Both the position numbers and the translations under genes were made by a program. From Mobula hypostoma (lineage: Eukaryota), in the NCBI RefSeq assembly GCF_963921235.1, contig NC_086098.1, forward strand, positions 8,370,001-8,434,000: a stretch of 64,000 nt of DNA, in the 5' to 3' direction. A model generated the notes under the pieces. That model did not search any database, was not told the DNA's origin, and worked only from the letters and a program-made list of their open reading frames with translations. Of the stretch, positions 46,115 to 59,287 are shown one piece after another. How positions within the stretch are numbered: position 1 is the first letter of the stretch; each line of letters begins with the position of its first letter.

Positions 46115-49100
46115 AAAATCATTCCTGGCTGCTTCTGGAACTATCCCAGAATCTAGTGATGCTTGAAAAGTCATTACTAATGTCTCCATAATCTCTTCAG
46201 CTACCTCTTTCAGAACCCTCCCTTGGTGTAGTCCACCTGGTCCAGGTGACCTGCTTACTTTTAGAAGTTTCAGCTTCCAAAGCAATTTCTCCTTGGTAAT
46301 AGGAAGAACACTCACTTCTGCCCCCAGACATTGTTGAATTTCTGGCATAGTGCTGGTGTCTTGCACTTACTAAGTTCATTCACCATGACTTGATTCCCTG
46401 TCACTACCTCTCTAGCATAATTTTCCAGCAGTCCAATATCCACTCTCATCTCTCTTTTACTCTTTATGTATCTGAAAAACTTTTGGTAACCTCTTTTATA
46501 TTATTCGCCAGCCTATCTTCTTATTTCCTCTTTTCTCTCTTAATGGTTTTATTTTGTTGCCTTCTATAGGTTTTAAAAGCTTCCCAATCCTTTAACTTAG
46601 CGCTATTGTTTACGATGTTATATGTCCTCTCTTTTCCTTTTATGCTCTGTTTGACTTCCCTTATCAGCCATGTTTGCTTCGCTTTTGAATAATCCTTCAT
46701 CTCTGTGATGCATCTATTCTCTGCTTTCCAAATTGCCCTCAGAAACTCCAGCCACTGCTGCTCTGCCATCATCTCCACTTGCGATCCTTTCCAATAAACT
46801 TTGGCCAGCTGTAATATAGATACATCAAACTGTATCCTCTCCCTCTCAAATTGCAGGGAGAATTCAAAGTTCAAAGTTCAAAGTAAATTTATTATCAAAG
46901 TACATATATGTCACCATAAACCCTGAGATTCATTTTCTTGTCGGCATACTCAGTAAATCCATAATAGAATCAATGAACAACTGAACCAACTTGAGAGTTC
47001 AACCAATGTGCAAAAGACAATAAACTGCGCAAATACAAAAGGAAAGAAATAATATCAATAATAAGCAATGAATATCAAGAACATGAGATGAAAGTGAGTC
47101 CTTGGAAGGTAACATATAAGCAATGAAGCGAGTGAAATTGAGTGAAGTTAACCTTTTTGATTCAAGAGCCTGATGGTTGAGGGGTAATAACTATCTGAAC
47201 CCGGTGGCGAGAATCTTGAGGTTCCTGTACCTTCTTCCTGATGGCAGCAGTGAGAAGTGAGCATGACCAGGGTTGTGGGGGTCCTTGATAATGGATGCTG
47301 GTTTCCTTCGACAATGCTCTGTGTAAATGTGTTCAACGATGGGGAGGGCTCTACCCATGACAGCCTGGGCTGTATCCACCACTTTTTGTAGAGTTTTCCA
47401 TTCAATGTCATTGTTGTTTCCATACCAGGGTGTAACATATCCAGTCAATAAGATAGAGGATTGCTTCAAGTTGGTAGACTGCACCATGTTTACCACACAT
47501 CTGTTGAAGTCTCAAACTCCTAAGTAAGTGGAGGTGCTGCCATGCTTTCTTCATAATTGCACTCATGTGCTGGGCCTAGGACAGGTCTTCCGAAATAATA
47601 AGACTGAAGAATTTAAAGTTGCTGATCCTCTCCACCTCTGATCCTGGATGAGTACTAGCCCATGGACCTCCTGAGTTTCTCCTCCTAAAGTCAAAAATCA
47701 GCTCCTTGGTCTCGGTGACACTGAGTAAGAGGTTATTGTTATGGCACCACTCAGCCAGATTTTCAATCTCCCTCCTATATGCTGACTCATCGCCATCACT
47801 GATTCAGCCTATGACAGTGATGTCATCAGCAAACTTGAGTGTGACATTGGAGCTGTGCGTACCCTCAGAGTCACAAGTGTAAAATGAGTGAAGTAGGGGA
47901 TTAAGCGCGCAGCCTTGTGGTGCACCTGTGCTGACGAAGATTATGGAGGACATGTTGTGGCCCATCTGAACTACTGTCTGGGGTCTGCAACTGAGGAAAT
48001 CGAAGATCCAATTGCACAAGGAGATAGTGAGGCTAAGGACATGAAGCTTATTGATTAGTTTTGAGGAGATGGTAGTATTTAATGCTGAGCTGTGGTCGAT
48101 AAAGAGCATCCTGACATACGCATCTTTGCTGTCCAGTTGTTCCAGGGTTAAGTGAAGAGCCAATGAGACAGCATCTGCTGTGGACCTGTTGGAGTGGATC
48201 CATGTCGCTTCTCAGGTAGGAGTTGATATGTTTCATCACCAACCTCTCAAAACACTTCATCACTGTGGATGTAAGTGCTGCTGGACGGTAATGGTACTCG
48301 AGGCAGGTTACCACGTTCTTCTTGACTCCGGTTTAAGTGAAGCCTGCTGGAAGCAGGTGGCTTCCTCATACTGCTGAAGCACGAGGTTAAAGATCTCAGT
48401 GAACACTCCAGCCAGTTGATCAGCACAGATCTTTCGTATTTGCCCATGTACCCCGTCTGGATACAGACGGATGCCTTTTGTGTGTTCACCCTCTTGAAGA
48501 CTGCTCGCTGTCGGCCTCAGGTACTGAAATCACATGATCATTGAGGACTGTGGGAGTTTGTGATGATTTCTCCATGATTTGATGGTCAATGCGAGCAGAG
48601 AAGGCATTGAGCTCACCTGGAAGCAAAGCCCCATTGTTGTCTATGCCACTTGATTTGACTTTATAAGAGGTGATAGCATTCAAGCCTTGCCACAACTATC
48701 GAACATCCTTCATTGATTCAAGTTTAGTCCAGAATTGTCTCTTCATCTGTCAGATGGCTTTTCAGAGATTGTACCTGGACCTCTTGTAATTTTCTTGGTC
48801 ACCAGACTTGAATGCCTCTGATCTACCACAGATAAGTCCATAAACACGGCCCACTCCACCAACTCAAAGCAATCCTATAGGTGTTCCTGTGACTACCTCT
48901 TTGTTGTCCTCGTCTCTGCAGGCTTTCGCTTTAGGCTCTGCCTGTATGCAGGTGGGAGACGAACAGAAAAGTGATCAGAATTCCTCATATTTCTATCAAT
49001 TATGATCACTGCCTTCTAAGGGTTCCTTTGCCTTAAGATCCCTAATCAAATCTGGTTCATTACACAATACCTAATCCATAATTTGCTTCTACCCTGGTGG

Positions 49101-50450
49101 GCTTACCTTCAAGATGTTCTAAAAAGGGATCTCACAGTCTAGCTGGATATTGAAATCCCCCATGACTATTGTTACATAGCCCTTCGAGCATGCATTTTCT
49201 ATCTCCCATTGTAATTTGTACCCTACATCATAGCTACTGTTCAGAGGCCTGTAATATAGCTCTCATCACGATCTTCTTACCCTTGCAGTTTCTTAACCCT
49301 ACCCACAAGGATTCTACATTTTCCAATCCTATGTCACCTCTTTCTCAGGATTTAATTTCAATTTTTATCAACAGAGCCACCCCAGCCCCTCTGCCTACTT
49401 GCCTGTCCTTTCAATACAATGTGTATCCTTGGATGTTTAGCTCCCAACTACGCTTGTATAATTTTCTTTCACCCACAGCTCAATGATGCCCACAACGTCA
49501 TACCTGCCAAGCTCTAACTGGTACACGATCATCTCCCTTATTCTGTATACTGCGTGCATTCAAATATCACTCCTTCAGTCCTGCATTCACTATCCTTTTT
49601 GATTTTGCCCCTATGTTACTCTTCAACTGATCCCATAGACTTCAATTTTGCCCTGTCATCTACCTATCCTTCCACATAGTCTCATTACACACTACATCTA
49701 CTTGTAGATTAATTGTCCTATCCTCAACCCTATCACTCCAGTTCCTACTTCACTGCCAAATTAGTGTAAACCCTTCCCAACAGCTCTAGCAAAAGTGTCC
49801 GCAATGAATTAGGACCTTCTCCGGCTCAGGTACAACCTGTACTTTTTGTAGAGGTCACACACATCCCAGAAGAGATTCCAATGATCCAGAGTAGGAAAAC
49901 CTGCCCCCTGCACCTGTTCATCTGCCAAATCATCCTACTGTTATCCTCACTGGCACATGGCACATTCTAAAGGCAACATACCATCCTGGTGACTCTATCA
50001 TGTCCACAGAATCTGCTGTCTTCTCCTCTGTGGAATCCCTTATCAGTACTGCAGTCCTCTTCTTCCCTCTTCCGTTCTGAGCCACAGAGTCCGAGACCCA
50101 GTCACTGTGGATTCCCCTGGTAGGCTGGCTTCCCCAAAAGTATCCCAAGAGGTATACTTATTATTGAGGGGAACCGCCACAAGGATATTCTGCACTGGCT
50201 GTCTGTCCCCTGTCCCTCTCCTGACAGTCACCAAGGTACCTGCCTCCTGCCAGTTAGAGGAGACTACCTTCCTGTAGCTCCTGTTTATCACCTCCTCATT
50301 CTCCCGTATGAACCGAAGGTCATTGAGGTGTAGCTCCAGTTCCTTCACATGGTCTCTAAGGGGCTGCAGTTCAATATACTTCAGGTAGACATAGTTATCA
50401 GGAAGACTGGAGGTTTTCCAGAATTCCCACAGCTCTCACGAGAAACATAC
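46115..50450 (-). mobile_element. Decayed CR1 (ORF1, endonuclease, linker) interrupted by a Rex element
   Basis: ORFs 50043..50348 (ORF1 coiled-coil region), 46521..46874 and 46106..46366; host sequence resumes after 48983. Confidence 0.8.
46866..48976 (-). mobile_element. Decayed 5'-truncated Rex1/Babar LINE with (GAACTTT)n tail
   Basis: ORFs 47804..48163 (MLFID..TGAPQGC..KFADD), 48048..48314, 47191..47496; flanking AGAATTC at 46859-46865 and 48977-48983. Confidence 0.85.
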
Positions 50451-50848
50451 CATGAACTTTGCACCCTTTCCCAGCACATCACCTATCTACTAATAGACAA
50501 AGAAAGAGCATGAACTTCAGATTGCGGCTCCTGCCATTGATCTCGCCGGCTCCAACACCTCAGGGCATATTCAAAACCCGGACTCCAGCAACGACCATGG
50601 GCACCTTCAAAGTGATTGCGCAACCACCAACTGCGACGGCAGCCTTGAACTCCAGGCTGGGTCTTTATGTGCTGCTATTGTGACTCCCGTCTCCCCTTCC
50701 CCCACCAATACTCTGCAATCCCATCTCCCTCAGATCCCACCGTCAGCTCCTGGGCCCTCAGAGGCTCCATCTTCCTCTCACCCCAACCCTCCCCTCTCCA
50801 CTGACACCCCCAGCTTCCCCCTCCCCCCTCTGATCCCAGCTCTCATCC

Positions 50849-53021
50849 GTGCCGGGTCTTTACCATCCCCTCCGACCTTCAACTGTCCTCAGTAAGGGCC
50901 TCACCTTTGTCCCCCTTCGCCCACACCTCAGCGAGTTCCGTGTTCGCCACGATGCGGAACTCTTCTTCCGCCGTCTCCGTCTCCGAGCCTACTTCTTCAG
51001 CAAGGACTCTTCCACCCCCACCGATGACCCCTTCTCCCATCTTCAACCCTCCTCTTCTTCATGGACACCCCGCTCTGGTCTTCTGCCTGCTCTGGATCTC
51101 TTTATCGCTTACTGCCGACGGGACATCAACCGTCTCGACTTCACCACACCTTGTCTCCATTCCAACCTCACTCCTTCGGAACGCTCTGCTCTCCACTCCC
51201 TCCCCACTAATCCTAACCTTATTATTAAACCCGCCAATAAGCGGGGTGCTGTTATAGTCTGGCGTACTGACCTCTACCTTGCCGAGGCACAGCGACAACT
51301 CGCGGATACCTCCTCTTATTTACCCCTCCATCGTGACCCCACTAAGGAGCACCAGGCTATTGTCTCCCACACCATCACTGACTTTATCCGCTCAGGGGAT
51401 CTCCCATCCACTGCTACCAACCTTAAAGTTCCCACACCCCGCACTTCCTGTTTCTACCTCCTACCCAAGATCCACAAACCTGCCTGTCCTGGCCGACCTA
51501 TTGTCTCAGCTTGCTCCTGCCCCACCGAACTCGTTTCTGCATACCTCGACACGGTTTTATCCCCCCTTGTTCAATCCCTTCCGACCTATGTTCGTGACAC
51601 TTCTCAGGCTCTTAAACTTTTCGATGATTTTAAATTCCCTGGGCCCACCACTTTATTTTCACCATGGATGTCCAGTCCCCTATATACTTCCATCCCCCAT
51701 CAGGAAGGTCTCAAAGCTCTCCGCTTCTTTTTGGATTCCAGACCTAACCAGTCCCCCTCTACCACCACTCTGCTCCGTCTAGCGGAATTAGTCCTTACTC
51801 TTAATAATTTCTCCTTTGGCTCCTCCCACTTCCTCCAGACTAAAGGTGTAGCTATGGGCACCCGTATGGGTCCTAGCTATGCCTGCCTTTTTGTTGGCTT
51901 TGTAGAACAATCTATGTTCCGAACCTATTCTGGTATCTGTCCCCCACTTTTCCTTCGCTACATTGACGACTGCATTGGCGCTGCTTCCTGCACGCATGCA
52001 GAACTCGTTGACTTCATTAACTTTGCCTCCAACTTTCACCCTGCCCTCAAGTTTACCTGGTCTATTTCCGACACCTCCCTCCCCTTTCTAGATCTTTCTG
52101 TCTCTGTCTCCGGAGACAGCTTATCCACTGATGTCTACTATAAGCCTACTGACTCTCACAGCTATCTGGACTATTCCTCTTCTCACCCTGTCTCTTGCAA
52201 AAATGCCCTCCCCTTCTCGCAATTCCTCCGTCTCTGCCGCATCTGCTGTCAGGATGAGGCTTTTCATTCCAGGACGAGGGAGATGTCCTCCATTTTTAAA
52301 GAAAGAGGCTTCCCTTCCTCCACCATCAACTCTGCTCTCAAACGCATCTCCCCCATTTCACGCACATCTGCTCTCGCTCCATCCTCCTGCCACCCCACTA
52401 GGAATAGGGTTCCCCGGTCCTCACCTACCACATCACCAGCCTCCGGGTCCAACATATTATTCTCTGTAACTTCCACCACCTCCAACGGGATCCCACCACT
52501 AAGCACATCTTTCCCTCCCCCCCTCTGCTTTCCACAGGGATCGCTCCCTAAGTGACTCCCTTGTCCATTCATCCCCCCCATCCCTCCCCACTGATCTCCC
52601 TCCTGGCACTTATCCTTGTAAGCGGAACAAGTGCTACACATGCCCTTACACTTCCTCCCTTACCACCATTCAGGGTCCCAGACAGTCCTTCCAGGTGAGG
52701 CGACACTTCACCTGTGAGTCGGCTGGGGTGATATACTGCGTCCAGTGCTTCCAGTCCAGCCTTCTATATATTGGCGAGACCTGACACAGACTGGGAGACC
52801 GCTTTGCTGAACACCTACGCTCTGTCCGCCAGAGAAAGCAAGATCTCCCAGTGGCCACACATTTTAATTCCACATCCCATTCCCATTCTGACATGTCTAT
52901 CCACGGCCTCCTCTACTGTAAAGATGAAGCCACACTCAGGTTGGAGGAACAACATCTTATATTCCGTCTGGGTAGCCTCCAAGCTGATGGCATGAACATT
53001 GACTTCTCAAACTTCCGCTAA
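50849..53021 (+). pseudogene. Penelope RT/GIY-YIG ORF, disrupted
   Basis: Compensating frameshifts near 51645-51680 remove the motif-A Asp from the main frame; further shift near 52415; TGA at 52782-52784; natural stop 53019-53021. Confidence 0.85.
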
Positions 53022-53316
53022 TGCCCCACCTCCCCCTCGTACCCCATCCGTTATTTATTTGTATACACACATTCTCTCTCTCTCTCCTTTTTCTCCCTCT
53101 GTCCCTCTGACTATACCCCTTGCCCATCCTCTGGGTTTTCCCCCCTCCCCCTTTCTTTCTCCCTGGGCCTCCTGTCCCATGATCCTCTCATATCCCTTTT
53201 GCTAGTCATCTGTCCAGCTCTTGGCTCCATCCCTCCCCCTCCTGTCTTCTCCTATCATTTTGGATCTCCCCCTCCCACTCCCACTTTCAAATCTCTTACT
53301 AGCTCTTCCTTCACTT

Positions 53317-53352
53317 AGTCCTGACGAAGGGTCTCGGCCCGAAACGTCGACT
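53317..53352 (+). ncRNA. Minimal type I hammerhead ribozyme motif; predicted cleavage after C53348
   Basis: Stem I AGTC/GACT, CTGACGA core 53321-53327, extra A, stem II GGGT-CTCG-GCCC, GAAA 53341-53344, GTC triplet. Confidence 0.8.
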
Positions 53353-53959
53353 GTACCTCTTCCTAGAGATGCTGCCTGGCCTGCTGCGTTCACCAGCAAC
53401 TTTGATGTGAGTTGTTCCCTTTCCTATTTGATTGGCCAATATCCATTATGAGCCCACTGAGAGCAAACCTTCTTCCACTTCCTCCCATTTGCTTCCCATG
53501 ATGACTCTATTCTGCTCTCCAAATGTGTCCATCTCCATTTTATCTGCTCTGATGATAAGATTTTCAACACCAGTACGTGTAAGATGCCTTTCTTCCTTAA
53601 TTATGACTTCCATGTACCCGAAGACTCTTAGCCATGTCTCTATTTTGTACATGTTAGTTTTCACCCCTCTTCTTCCAGCCAGAACAGGATCTCTCTTGAA
53701 CTCACCTCACACTCCACAGCACTCCAGATTCAATAGATCATCCTCCACAACTTGTACTACCTCCAACTGGATTTCCTCTCAAGGAGCATTTTCCCTCCTC
53801 TTCTCTTTTAAGGGAGCAGCTCCCTGGTGACTTTCTGGTTCACTCTCCACCACCTACTCCCTTTCTTATGCACTTTCCATGCAATTACAGGAGACGCAAT
53901 ACTTGACCATTGAATCCAAAGAATCCAAAAAATCACCTCAGGATGAAAGCTGGACAAAA

Positions 53960-55298
53960 AAGACACGTATGTTCGAATGCCGTTCATAGACTTCAGTACC
54001 GCATTCAACACAATCATTCCTCAGAAACTGACTGGAAAGCTGAGCTTAAGGGAAAGCGGAGCAGACTCGATGGGCCGAATGGCCAACTTCTGCTCCTTTG
54101 TCTTATGGTCTTACTGGGCCTGAACACCTCCCTCTGCAACTGGACCCTAGACTTCCTGACTGAGAGACCTCAGTCAGTCCGGATTGGAAGCAGAGTCTCC
54201 AACACCATCACACTGAGCACGGGGGCCCCCCAGGGCTGTGTGCTCAGTCCACTGCTGTTCACTCTGCTGACCCACGACTGTGCTGCAACACACAGCTCGA
54301 ACCACATCACCAAGTTCACCGATGACACGACCGTGGTGGGTCTCATCAGCAAGAATGATGAGTCAGCATACAGAGAGGAGGTGCAGCGGCTAATGGACTG
54401 GTGCAGAGCCAACAACCTATCTCTGAATGTGAACAAAACAAAAGAGATGGTTGTTGACTCCAGGAGGACATGGAGCGACCACTCTCCACTGAACATCGAA
54501 GTCACCTCTGTAGAAGTCGTTAAGAGCACCAAATTTCTTGGTGTTCACCTGGCGGAGAATCTCACCTGGTCCCTCAACACCAGCTCCATAGCAAAGAAAG
54601 CCCAGCAGCATCTCTACTTTCTGTGAAGGCTGAGAAAAGTCCATTTCCCACTCCCATCCTCACCACATTCTACAGAGGTTGTATTGAGAGCATCCTGAGC
54701 AGCTGCATCACTGCCTGGTTCGGGAATTGCACCATCTCGGATCGCAAGACCCTGCAGCGGATAGTGAGGTCAGCTGAGAAGATCATTGGGGTCTCTCTTC
54801 CCGCCATCACAGACATTTACACCACTCGCTGCATCCGCAAAGCAAACAGCATTATGAAGGACCTCACGCACCCCTCATACAAACTCTTCTCCCTCCTGCC
54901 ATCTGGCAAAAGACACCGAAGCATTCGGGCTCTCATGACCAGACCATGTAACAGTTTCTTCCCCCAAGCCATCAGACTCTCAATACCAGAGCCTGGCTTG
55001 ACATCAACCTACTGCCCCCTACTGTGCTTATTGTCTTGTTTATTATTGATTATTATTTATTGTAGTGTCTGCTCTGTTTTGTGCACTTTATGCAGTCCTG
55101 GATAGGTCTGTATTCTAGTGTAGTTTTTGTGTTTTTTTCTTACGTAGTTCAGTGTAGTTTTTGTATTGTTTCATGTAGCACCATGGTCCTGGAAAACATT
55201 GTCTCATTTTTACTATGTTCTGTACCTGCAGTTATGGTTGAAATGACAATAAAAAGTGATTTGACTTGACCTGACTTGACTTGACTTGACTTGACTTG
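53960..55298 (+). mobile_element. 5'-truncated Rex1/Babar LINE with (GACTT)n tail; short CR1 3' piece inserted at ~54050-54112
   Basis: ORFs 53910..54626 ([16 protein letters not shown]) and 54623..55105; AATGACAATAAA then the tandem tail. Confidence 0.9.
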
Positions 55299-55809
55299 AA
55301 AGCAGCAACTCCCAAGCACCTTTTCCAAATTCAGTGTATTGTATCCACAGAAATCAAAAGAGGGTTCAGTGACTAATTTTGAAAATGTTTCCATTCAGTT
55401 TACTCAGGTAAATCTTTTCCATCCTTTGATTCACTTGATTCATTCACTCTGGTGAGCTTCCAACTGGCTGACATGTTATTCTCCATCCCATTCCCAGCCC
55501 TAGTCAGATACTTGCCTTCCTATCAGGCACGTTTCCACTCTTGGAGTTTACCTCTGGCAGCACAGTAGCATAACACTTCACAGTGCCATGCTCGGTGATC
55601 AGGGCTCAATTCCCGACACTGTCTGACCATAAGACACAGGAGCAGAATTAAGCCATTTGGTCCACCAAGTCTGCTCTGCCAATAAATCATGGCTGATGCA
55701 TTTTCCCTCTCTACCCCATTCTCTTGCCTTCTCCCCATAATCTTCCACGCCTTGGCGAATCAAGAATCTATCAACCTCCGCCTTAAATACATATATGGAG
55801 GAGAATAGA

Positions 55810-56742
55810 GTTGACTTAAGTACGTTTACGGAGGAGATAAGTGCAAGAGTGGGTCGTGTTGTGGAAACAGAGAACCTGCAGAGAGACATAGATAGTTTGG
55901 GAGAATGGGCAAAGAATTGGCAAATGAAATATAATGTTGGAAGGTGTATGGTCATGCACTTTGGTGGAAGAAATGAACAGCAAACTATTATTTAGATGGG
56001 GGGAGAATTCAAAATGCAGAGGTGCAAAGGGACTTGGGAGTCCTTGTGCAGGATACCCTAAAGGTTAACCTCAAGTTTGAATTGGTTGTGAAGAAAGCGA
56101 ATGCAATGTTGGCATTCATTTCTAGACGTGTAGAATATAAGAGCAGGGATGTGATGTTGAGGCTCTTTAAGGCACTTGTGAGACCACACTGAGTATTGTG
56201 TGCAGTTTTGGGCTCCTTATTTTAGAAAGGATATACTGAGAGTGGAGAGGGTTCAGAGAAGATTGACGAGAATGATTCCAGGAGTGAAAGGGTTACTGTA
56301 TGAGGAATGTCTGGCAGCTCTTGGGCTGTATTCCCTGGAGTTAAGAGAATGAGGGGGGATCTCATAGAAACATTCCAAATGTTAAAAGGCCTGAACAGAT
56401 TAGATATGGCAAAGTTATTTCCCATGGTAGGGGAATCTAGGACAAGAAGGCACGACTTCAGGTTTGAAAGATATCCATTTAGAACTGAGGTGTGGAGAAA
56501 TTACTTTAGTGAGACAGTGGTAAATATGTGGAAGTTGTTGCCACAAGTGGCTGTGGAGGCCAAGACATTGGGTATATTTAAGGCAGAGATAGATAGGTTC
56601 TTGATAAGCCAGGGCATCAAAGGGTATGGGCTGAAGGCAGGCGAGTGCAGATGGCTGGAAGAATTGGATCAGCCCATGATTGAATGGCGGAGCAGTCCCG
56701 ATGGGCCAAATGGGCTGCTTCTGCTCCTATATCTTATGGTCT
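55810..56742 (+). mobile_element. Decayed 5'-truncated CR1
   Basis: ORFs 55795..55995 and 56307..56744; ends TCTTATGGTCT. Confidence 0.85.
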
Positions 56743-58835
56743 AATGACTTTTCAAAGATCAGCAGCCAATAAAGGGTCTCGGTCCAAAACATCAACTCTT
56801 TATTCCTCTCCATAGATGCTGCCTGACCCATTGAGTTCCTCTCGCATCTTGAGTATGTTACCATGCAGAATAAAGTGTAAAATCTACTGAAAAGGTATAA
56901 TGCAGGTAAACGATGAAATGCCAATGATAAATGCAAGAGAGTCTGCAGGTGCTGGAAATCCAGAGCAACACACACAAAATGCTGCAGGATCTCAGCAGAC
57001 CAGGTAGCATCTATAGAAAGGAATGAACAGTCAAATTTTTAAGCAAATATATCAAGATAGATTGTTTGACCAAGAGTCTTAACATGCATTCAAAGTTCTG
57101 GGATAGAAGCTGTCCTTCAACCTGTTGGTATGTGTTTCCAGGTGTTTGTATCCTCGTCTCAGTGGGAGAGGGGAGAAGAGAGAATCCCAGGGTTCGTGGG
57201 GTCTTTGATTATGCAGGCTGCTTTACTGAGGCAATGAGAAGTATAGATAGAGTCCATGGTCGTGTGTTGGCGGGGGGCTAGTTTCTGAGATGTGATGATC
57301 TGTGTCCTTAACTCTCTGAAGTTTCTTGCTGCTTTCCTGCGACACCTTAAACGCTTGTTCTCTGGTATAAGCCATTGCCACCCTGGGAAAAAGTGCTGGC
57401 TGTCCATTCTGTCTCAGGCTCTCATAATCGTATGCGGCTCTCTCAATTTGACTCCTGTTGTCCGCTGTGTTTGCCGTGCTCACTTCAGCTATCGGTGTTT
57501 TCAGCATTCTCTTCCCTCGTTAACTTGGCTGGTCTCCAGTTCCACAACACAACTGACATACTTAAAAATGTTCAAAACTTTGTGGCCAGCGCTCCTGCTA
57601 TCACCCCTGTGAATCTCCAAAGTACATACCATCTGGTAGCTCATCCAACGAGAGGTTTGCCAGCATCTTCACACCACTTTGAAGGATGAATGAATAGAGT
57701 TGCCAGGAAGAATCATCTCTGACGCTACCCATCCAAAAGCTCCCTCCTGGAAAGCACCATAGGTCTATTAAAACTAAAACTTTGCATCATCTGAAAAGTT
57801 TCTTCCCCAGACAGAGTTAATCTGATCAACCATTCTCATTAGCCCTTCCGCACCACCCCCCTTTCTACTAACCCGTTCCCTGCACTGCAAACACTTTAAA
57901 CCACTTTTATAATGCTGTTTACATTGTAAATAGACAGAAAAAGAGAACATTTCCTGAAACCCACATTAAAAATGCTGATGTCTGCTAATATTTACTTATA
58001 CTGTAACAATGAATGACTAAGTGCTGAATATTGGAGAATTACATCCTCACAATCATTCTCAAGGTCTCAGTGCATAATGGGAAGTCAGTTCCTATGAAGA
58101 AACAATTGGTTAAAAAAAATAATGTTGCCGATAAATCAGTAACTGAAAACATTCTTGTGGCTCTTTCTGTTCAGATTTATAGGTGTTAGTTTTTCGGCAG
58201 TGTTGTGTACCTTTCTAATAACAGCAATTTGTAATCATGCACACAAGATATTCTGCAAATGCTGTTAATACTGAGTCCACCTCATCATTGAGCATATCTA
58301 CATGAAACACTGTCGCAGGAAAGCAGCATCCATCATCAGCAACCACTACTCAGAACATGTTCCCTTCATGCTGCTGCCACCAGGAAGAAAGTACCGGAGC
58401 CTCAGGACTCACACCACTAGGTGCAGGAACAGTTATTACCCCTCAGTCATCAGGCTCTTGAACCAGAGGAGATAACTTCACTTAACTCCACTCGCTTTCA
58501 ACGACTCCTCATCTCACGTTCTGGACATTTATTGTTTGTTTGTTTATTTATTTATTATTATTATTTCTTTCTTTTTGTAATTACACAGATTATTGTCTTT
58601 TGCACTCTGGACGCCAAAGTTGTTGTGGTCTTTCATTGATTCTGTTATGTTATTATTCTACAGGTTTACTATCACTTCTGTGTGGACCTCTACAGCCACA
58701 ACAGACGCTGCTCGACCAACACAGACTTTCCAGGCGCAGATCCATGGTCTTGCGAGACTAACGGATGCCACCAATTATTATTGACTATGTCCACAAGACA
58801 ATGAATCGCAGGCTTGTATATGGTGATGATAGTAA

Positions 58836-59142
58836 AGGCATCCGTTAGTCTTGCGAGACCATGGATCTGCGCCTGGAAAGTCTTCACTCTCCAGGGCGCA
58901 GGACTGGGCAAGGTTGCATGGAAGATGGGCAGTTGCCCATGCTGCAAGTCTCCCCTCTCCACGACACCGATGTCGTCCAAGGGAAGGGCATTAGGACCCA
59001 TACAGCTTGGCACCAGTGTCGTCGCAGAGCAATGTGTGATTAAGTGCCTTGCTCAAGGACACAACACATTCCCTCGGCTGGGGCTTGAACTCACGACCTT
59101 TTGGTCGCTAGTCCAATGCCTTAACCACTTGGCCACGTGCCC
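58836..59142 (-). mobile_element. Full-length tRNA/CORE/RTE-tail SINE (copy 3)
   Basis: A box 59125-59135, B box 59082-59092, tail CCATGGTCTCGCAAGACTAACGGATGCCT; 12-bp TSD ATGGTGATGATA at 58820-58831 and 59147-59158. Confidence 0.88.
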
Positions 59143-59249
59143 ATAAATGGTGATGATATGGACTTGATAATACATTTACTTTGAACTTAATATGCAGAAA
59201 ATGCTGGAGAAATTCAGCAGGTCAGGCAGCATCTATAGAGAGGAATAAA

Positions 59250-59287
59250 CAGTCGATGTTTCAGGCTGAGGTTCTTCATCAGGACTG
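59250..59287 (-). ncRNA. Diverged hammerhead motif in a short Penelope-terminus copy (~59195-59288)
   Basis: CAGTC-CTGATGA-AGAACCTCAGCCT-GAAA-CATC^GACTG; core intact, stem II weakened. Confidence 0.55.

Larger units (their letters stand above)
50518..53410 (+). mobile_element. Penelope-like element (RT plus GIY-YIG), frameshifted
   Basis: FYLLPKIHK..GRPIVS, GVAMG, RYIDD (YIDD at 51959-51970), YYKPTD; GIY-YIG VIYC..LYIGET at 52728-52781; 5' boundary approximate. Confidence 0.92.

Noticed and set aside
50849..52555. Intact Penelope RT or telomerase-like host gene
   Set aside because: Local frameshifts remove the motif-A aspartate and separate the GIY-YIG domain, which also has a stop; this is a decaying TE copy.
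57630..57676. 47-nt minus-strand exon candidate (GVKMLANLSLDELPD)
   Set aside because: Weak AAG acceptor, unrecognised peptide and no supporting neighbouring exons.
59075..59142. tRNA gene
   Set aside because: A and B boxes belong to a SINE head continuing into a CORE-like body with a TSD; no complete cloverleaf or terminator seen.
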